NCBI GenBank assembly: GCA_963677925.2
Contig: CAXXYH010000003.1
Location: 768,001-832,000 of the forward strand
Reading direction: 5' to 3'
Source of the DNA: Spirochaetia bacterium
GTDB taxonomy: Bacteria; Spirochaetota; Spirochaetia; UBA9216
DNA: 64,000 bases
How positions within the stretch are numbered: the stretch's first letter is position 1; each line of letters starts with the position of its first letter. The translations under genes were made by a program, and so were the position numbers. The notes below the pieces were generated by a model that saw only the letters and a program-made list of their open reading frames with translations, did not search any database and was not told where the DNA came from. This document shows positions 60,587 through 64,000 of this stretch, in pieces.

Positions 60587-61180
60587 ATGTCAGAAAAGAA
60601 ATTAACCAAGCGCAAGATCCAGGCAAACAGGACAAGGAAAAAGATATTCGATGTAGCTATAGAGTTGATGGAAAAAAACGGTTTCAACAACATGACGATC
60701 GAAGATATCTGCGAAAAAGCAGGAGTTTCCGTCGGGACTTTTTATCATTATTATCAGTCTAAAGAAGATGTTTTTTATGAATTATACCGTAAGGCAGATG
60801 AATATTTTATAGAAGTAGTTACACCTGCCCTCGACAATCTTACTGCAGATACCTGGGAAAAAATAATAATCTTTTTTAAATATTATGCAGAATATCAGAC
60901 CAAACAGAAATTTGAAAACACATCTCAGGTGTACAATGCCAAAAACAAACTTTTTATCGATGAAGACAGATATATGATTTCCTACCTCTTTGAGCTTGTA
61001 GCAAAGGGACAGGAAAATGCTGAACTAAATTCGGATATGAGTTCACGAGATACTGCGGTTTATCTTTTTATTGTAAGCAGGGGAATAGTTTTTGACTGGT
61101 GTGTCCATGATGCGGGATACGACCTTGTCGAACGCATGGATAGAATGTTCAGAAAACTGACACCTGTTTTTAAGCTTTAA
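60587..61180 (+). CDS. TetR/AcrR family regulator (paralogue of 8006-8596)
   Basis: GFNNMTIEDICEKAGVSVGTFYHYY, GIVFDWCVHD. Confidence 0.92.
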   Translation: MSEKKLTKRKIQANRTRKKIFDVAIELMEKNGFNNMTIEDICEKAGVSVGTFYHYYQSKEDVFYELYRKADEYFIEVVTPALDNLTADTWEKIIIFFKYYAEYQTKQKFENTSQVYNAKNKLFIDEDRYMISYLFELVAKGQENAELNSDMSSRDTAVYLFIVSRGIVFDWCVHDAGYDLVERMDRMFRKLTPVFKL

Positions 61181-61194
61181 GCATTCTTCTATAT

Positions 61195-61238
61195 AAAAAA
61201 ACCCTTGAAATCAAACTGATTTTCAAGGGTTTTTTTTA
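61195..61238. terminator. Bidirectional terminator
   Basis: A7-CCCTTGAAA...TTTCAAGGG-T9. Confidence 0.85.
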
Positions 61239-61250
61239 TACTGCGTATGC

Positions 61251-62546
61251 TCAGCCGGCCATAAAACTAGGCAGGAATGTTGCAATTTTCGGGAAAACCA
61301 TCAGGATAACAGTTGAAGCTATAAGGGCAAACCAGAATGGTATTGTCCCTTTAAAAACGGTCTCCAGCTTAATTTTTGTAATACCTGAGGTAACAACACT
61401 GACAACTCCGACAGGAGGAGTCAGGAATCCGATAAGGATCATTAGAATTGTTATAATTCCATACCAGATACCATCATAACCGGCGTTTATAATAAGCGGG
61501 TAAAACAGACTTGTAAAAATAACAAGAGTTGCCATTGCATCCATAAAGAAACCGGAAACAAAGTATGCTGCAAATATTGTAGCAAGCAGCGCAACAGGCG
61601 GCATTTCTGCCATGTGTATTGCAAGATAACCGGGTATCCTTGAAACGGAAATAAAATTACCGAAAATTATTCCTCCGATAACAATAACCATAAGCATTCC
61701 GCTTACCTTAACTGTATCATACAGGGCCGAAAGAAATGCTTTTATATTCATCTTTCGAGTCATCAGACTGAAGACAAGTGATAGAAAAGCACCCATGGCA
61801 CCGCCCTCGGTTGGTGTAAAAACTCCGAAGTAGATACCGCCCATTGTGAATAAAAAGATCAATGGAATAGGCCAGATAGGCAGCAGTGATTTAAAACGCT
61901 CTCTCATCGGGGTTTTTTCTGCACCAGGAGCCAGTTCAGGTTTAACACGAACCATGATGTAAGCTGTTATGGCCATCAATATGGCTGTCATAATACCGGG
62001 AACGACTCCCGCAATGAGCAGCTGCCCGATAGATTCTTCTGTCAAAACACCGTAGATAATTAATACTGAACTGGGCGGAATAAGAATTCCAAGCGTACTT
62101 CCTGAAGCTACGCTTCCGGCAGCAAGACTGTCGGCATACTTCATCCTGCGCATTTCAGGAACAGCTATTACTGCAATCGTCGCAGTAGTTGCGATTACAG
62201 AACCAGAAACAGCAGCAAATGCCGCACAAGTAATAATTGCAGCAATAGCAAGACCTCCGCGGATATGTCCGAACCAGGCATTAAACGCCTGAAACATCTC
62301 TTTACCCAGACCTGCACTGCCTATAAACATACCCATAAGAGTAAACATAGGAATTACACTCAGACTGTAATTGTGCGCATTATTAAACAGATCGGTACCC
62401 AGTTTGGCCAAAGCGGCCGTTGGGCCGATAACGACACCGTACCCTACAACGCCTACAAGGAGCATTGAGAATCCGATGGGTACTTTAAACATAATTAGGA
62501 CAAGGAGGACTATTACTCCAAGCAAACCAATAGTTTCAGGACTCAT
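61251..62546 (-). CDS. dctM: TRAP large permease
   Basis: IPMFTLMG, FAAVSGS, LIPPS, TPPVG. Confidence 0.93.
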   Translation of the reverse strand: MSPETIGLLGVIVLLVLIMFKVPIGFSMLLVGVVGYGVVIGPTAALAKLGTDLFNNAHNYSLSVIPMFTLMGMFIGSAGLGKEMFQAFNAWFGHIRGGLAIAAIITCAAFAAVSGSVIATTATIAVIAVPEMRRMKYADSLAAGSVASGSTLGILIPPSSVLIIYGVLTEESIGQLLIAGVVPGIMTAILMAITAYIMVRVKPELAPGAEKTPMRERFKSLLPIWPIPLIFLFTMGGIYFGVFTPTEGGAMGAFLSLVFSLMTRKMNIKAFLSALYDTVKVSGMLMVIVIGGIIFGNFISVSRIPGYLAIHMAEMPPVALLATIFAAYFVSGFFMDAMATLVIFTSLFYPLIINAGYDGIWYGIITILMILIGFLTPPVGVVSVVTSGITKIKLETVFKGTIPFWFALIASTVILMVFPKIATFLPSFMAG

Positions 62547-63042
62547 TAGCTTTCTCTCCCTTCATTTCTTTAATGGACACAAGTAAATCCCAGACAAGGG
62601 CGATTACAAGTACGATGAGCCCGATTGAAGCTATATAGATCCATGGGTGCATCGGCCAGCGGAGTACGCTGGTAATAGTATGAGAAGCCTTCATACGTCC
62701 TGCATATTTAATAGTCTGAACAAATGCAACTGAAAACATGCCGATGCTCAGACCGGAACCGATAAAATCAAGTATGCCCTGGACCTTAACCGGAAATTTG
62801 TCATATATCAGGGTAATTCCAAGATTCTCTCCATTATATTGAGAAACAGAGAACGAAAAGAATACTGACAAGGCAAACAGGATCTTTGTGATTTCAAAAG
62901 TTCCCGGGATTGGATGTGTGAATAAAAACCTTCCTGCCACATCTCCGACAGTCAGGAACAGCAGAATGAAAATGGCCGCCATCCCGAGCTTGCTGGCAAT
63001 GTTACAGATTATGTCCACAATTTTCTTGATCAAATTCATCAT
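62536..63042 (-). CDS. dctQ: TRAP small permease
   Basis: DVAGRFLFTHPIPGTFE; ATG after GAGGTG. Confidence 0.88.
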   Translation of the reverse strand: MMNLIKKIVDIICNIASKLGMAAIFILLFLTVGDVAGRFLFTHPIPGTFEITKILFALSVFFSFSVSQYNGENLGITLIYDKFPVKVQGILDFIGSGLSIGMFSVAFVQTIKYAGRMKASHTITSVLRWPMHPWIYIASIGLIVLVIALVWDLLVSIKEMKGEKANES

Positions 63043-63065
63043 GACCACCTCAATCAAAAAATGAT

Positions 63066-63095
63066 GGTTCCTGAAAAGAGAATTTTTCAGGAACC
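63066..63095 (-). terminator. Hairpin after dctP
   Basis: GGTTCCTGAAAA-6-TTTTCAGGAACC. Confidence 0.65.
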
Positions 63096-63119
63096 GGAAT
63101 AGTTGTTAGAATAAATATT

Positions 63120-64000
63120 CTACTGTTCGTATTTTTTTGCTGCTTCAACAGCTATGTTGTAGAGTTCTCTACCGGGCTTGCCGGCAGCTTCAAGCTCTTC
63201 TATCCATCCCTGTTTCATCGGATCTACAATTGAATGGAATTTAGCCATATCTGCGGCAGAGAGCTGATAAACATTCTTACCTTTTTCTTTGGCAAGGCCC
63301 ATTGCATGTGCAACTTCTGCATCGTACTGCTTTCCAATTCTTTCAGGGAAGGTAGCAACTATATCCATAATAACTTTTTTGTCGGCATCTGAAACTTTTG
63401 CCCAGAGGTCTTTATTCGCAAAAAAGATAAATGGTGTTGCATACATGTTAAGCTCTACAATCTGATCGGTAACTTCCATGAGTCTGAATGAAAGCAGCGC
63501 ACTCGGAGCCATTACTGTTCCGTCAACAATGCCTCTATCCATTGCATCATAAAGATCACTTACCGGAAGGCTAACTTCTACTCCGCCTATTTTTTCAATA
63601 ACATCGTTATAGATAGGGCCGGGAGATCTAAGCTTTACACCTTTAAGATCATCAAGGGTTTTAATTTCTTTCTTAAGAAGGAAATGTCCCAGATCGGAAC
63701 CTCCGAACCATAGAAGTTCTGTATCAGTATATTCATATTCACGAAGCATTGGTGTCATTTCAGCTGCAGTCAGGTTTGCCTGAAGAGATGAAGTAAACAT
63801 AAATGGATATTCAAGAATCTGTGACATGGGGAAACGTCCCGGTGTATAAGCAGGAAGTACAAATCCCATTCCCGCTACGCCGCTTACAACAGCATCATAT
63901 GTATCTCCGGGTGCAGCAAGAGCATTTCCGGGATGTACAACTATTTCAACACGGCCCTCAGTCTTTTCTTTAACTTCTGCTGCCATTGGTTCAAGCATAT
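63120..64000 (-). CDS. dctP: TRAP substrate-binding protein (5' end outside window)
   Basis: YTPGRFP, LKGVKLRS, LYDAMDRGIVDG. Confidence 0.9.
   Translation of the reverse strand, partial: MLEPMAAEVKEKTEGRVEIVVHPGNALAAPGDTYDAVVSGVAGMGFVLPAYTPGRFPMSQILEYPFMFTSSLQANLTAAEMTPMLREYEYTDTELLWFGGSDLGHFLLKKEIKTLDDLKGVKLRSPGPIYNDVIEKIGGVEVSLPVSDLYDAMDRGIVDGTVMAPSALLSFRLMEVTDQIVELNMYATPFIFFANKDLWAKVSDADKKVIMDIVATFPERIGKQYDAEVAHAMGLAKEKGKNVYQLSAADMAKFHSIVDPMKQGWIEELEAAGKPGRELYNIAVEAAKKYEQ

Overview
Gene-dense, moderately AT-rich bacterial chromosome segment. It is most likely from an anaerobic spirochaete (inferred from FAxGxxE-type signal peptides, FSC lipoboxes, CheX, DapL and the CHASE2/FecR locus). 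Bases 1-30.5 kb form an apparent catabolic island for unknown organic substrates. It holds three Fe-S/OYE flavoenzymes, a BKACE, a butyrate-kinase homologue, a secreted lactonase, a GlcDEF-like FAD/Fe-S trio, a UGSC-family fusion protein, a SnoaL protein plus a URO-D-fold methyltransferase, an FAD_binding_2 reductase, two TRAP systems and two MFS transporters. The sequence shows hidden regulatory links across the island: three identically spaced LysR-type promoters, an unannotated LysR remnant, and a 37/40-bp duplicated promoter shared by two operons. The remainder is housekeeping, signalling and envelope genes (ppaC, two cheX, dapL, PGM, a two-component system with TRAP, LemA/TPM, and a CHASE2 cyclase-barrel-FecR-lipoprotein locus). 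It also contains an orphan ~72-nt sRNA candidate with an anti-Shine-Dalgarno loop. Four frameshifts (48.4 kb and 55.8-56.9 kb) may be assembly errors. I saw no rRNA, tRNA, CRISPR array or intact mobile element.
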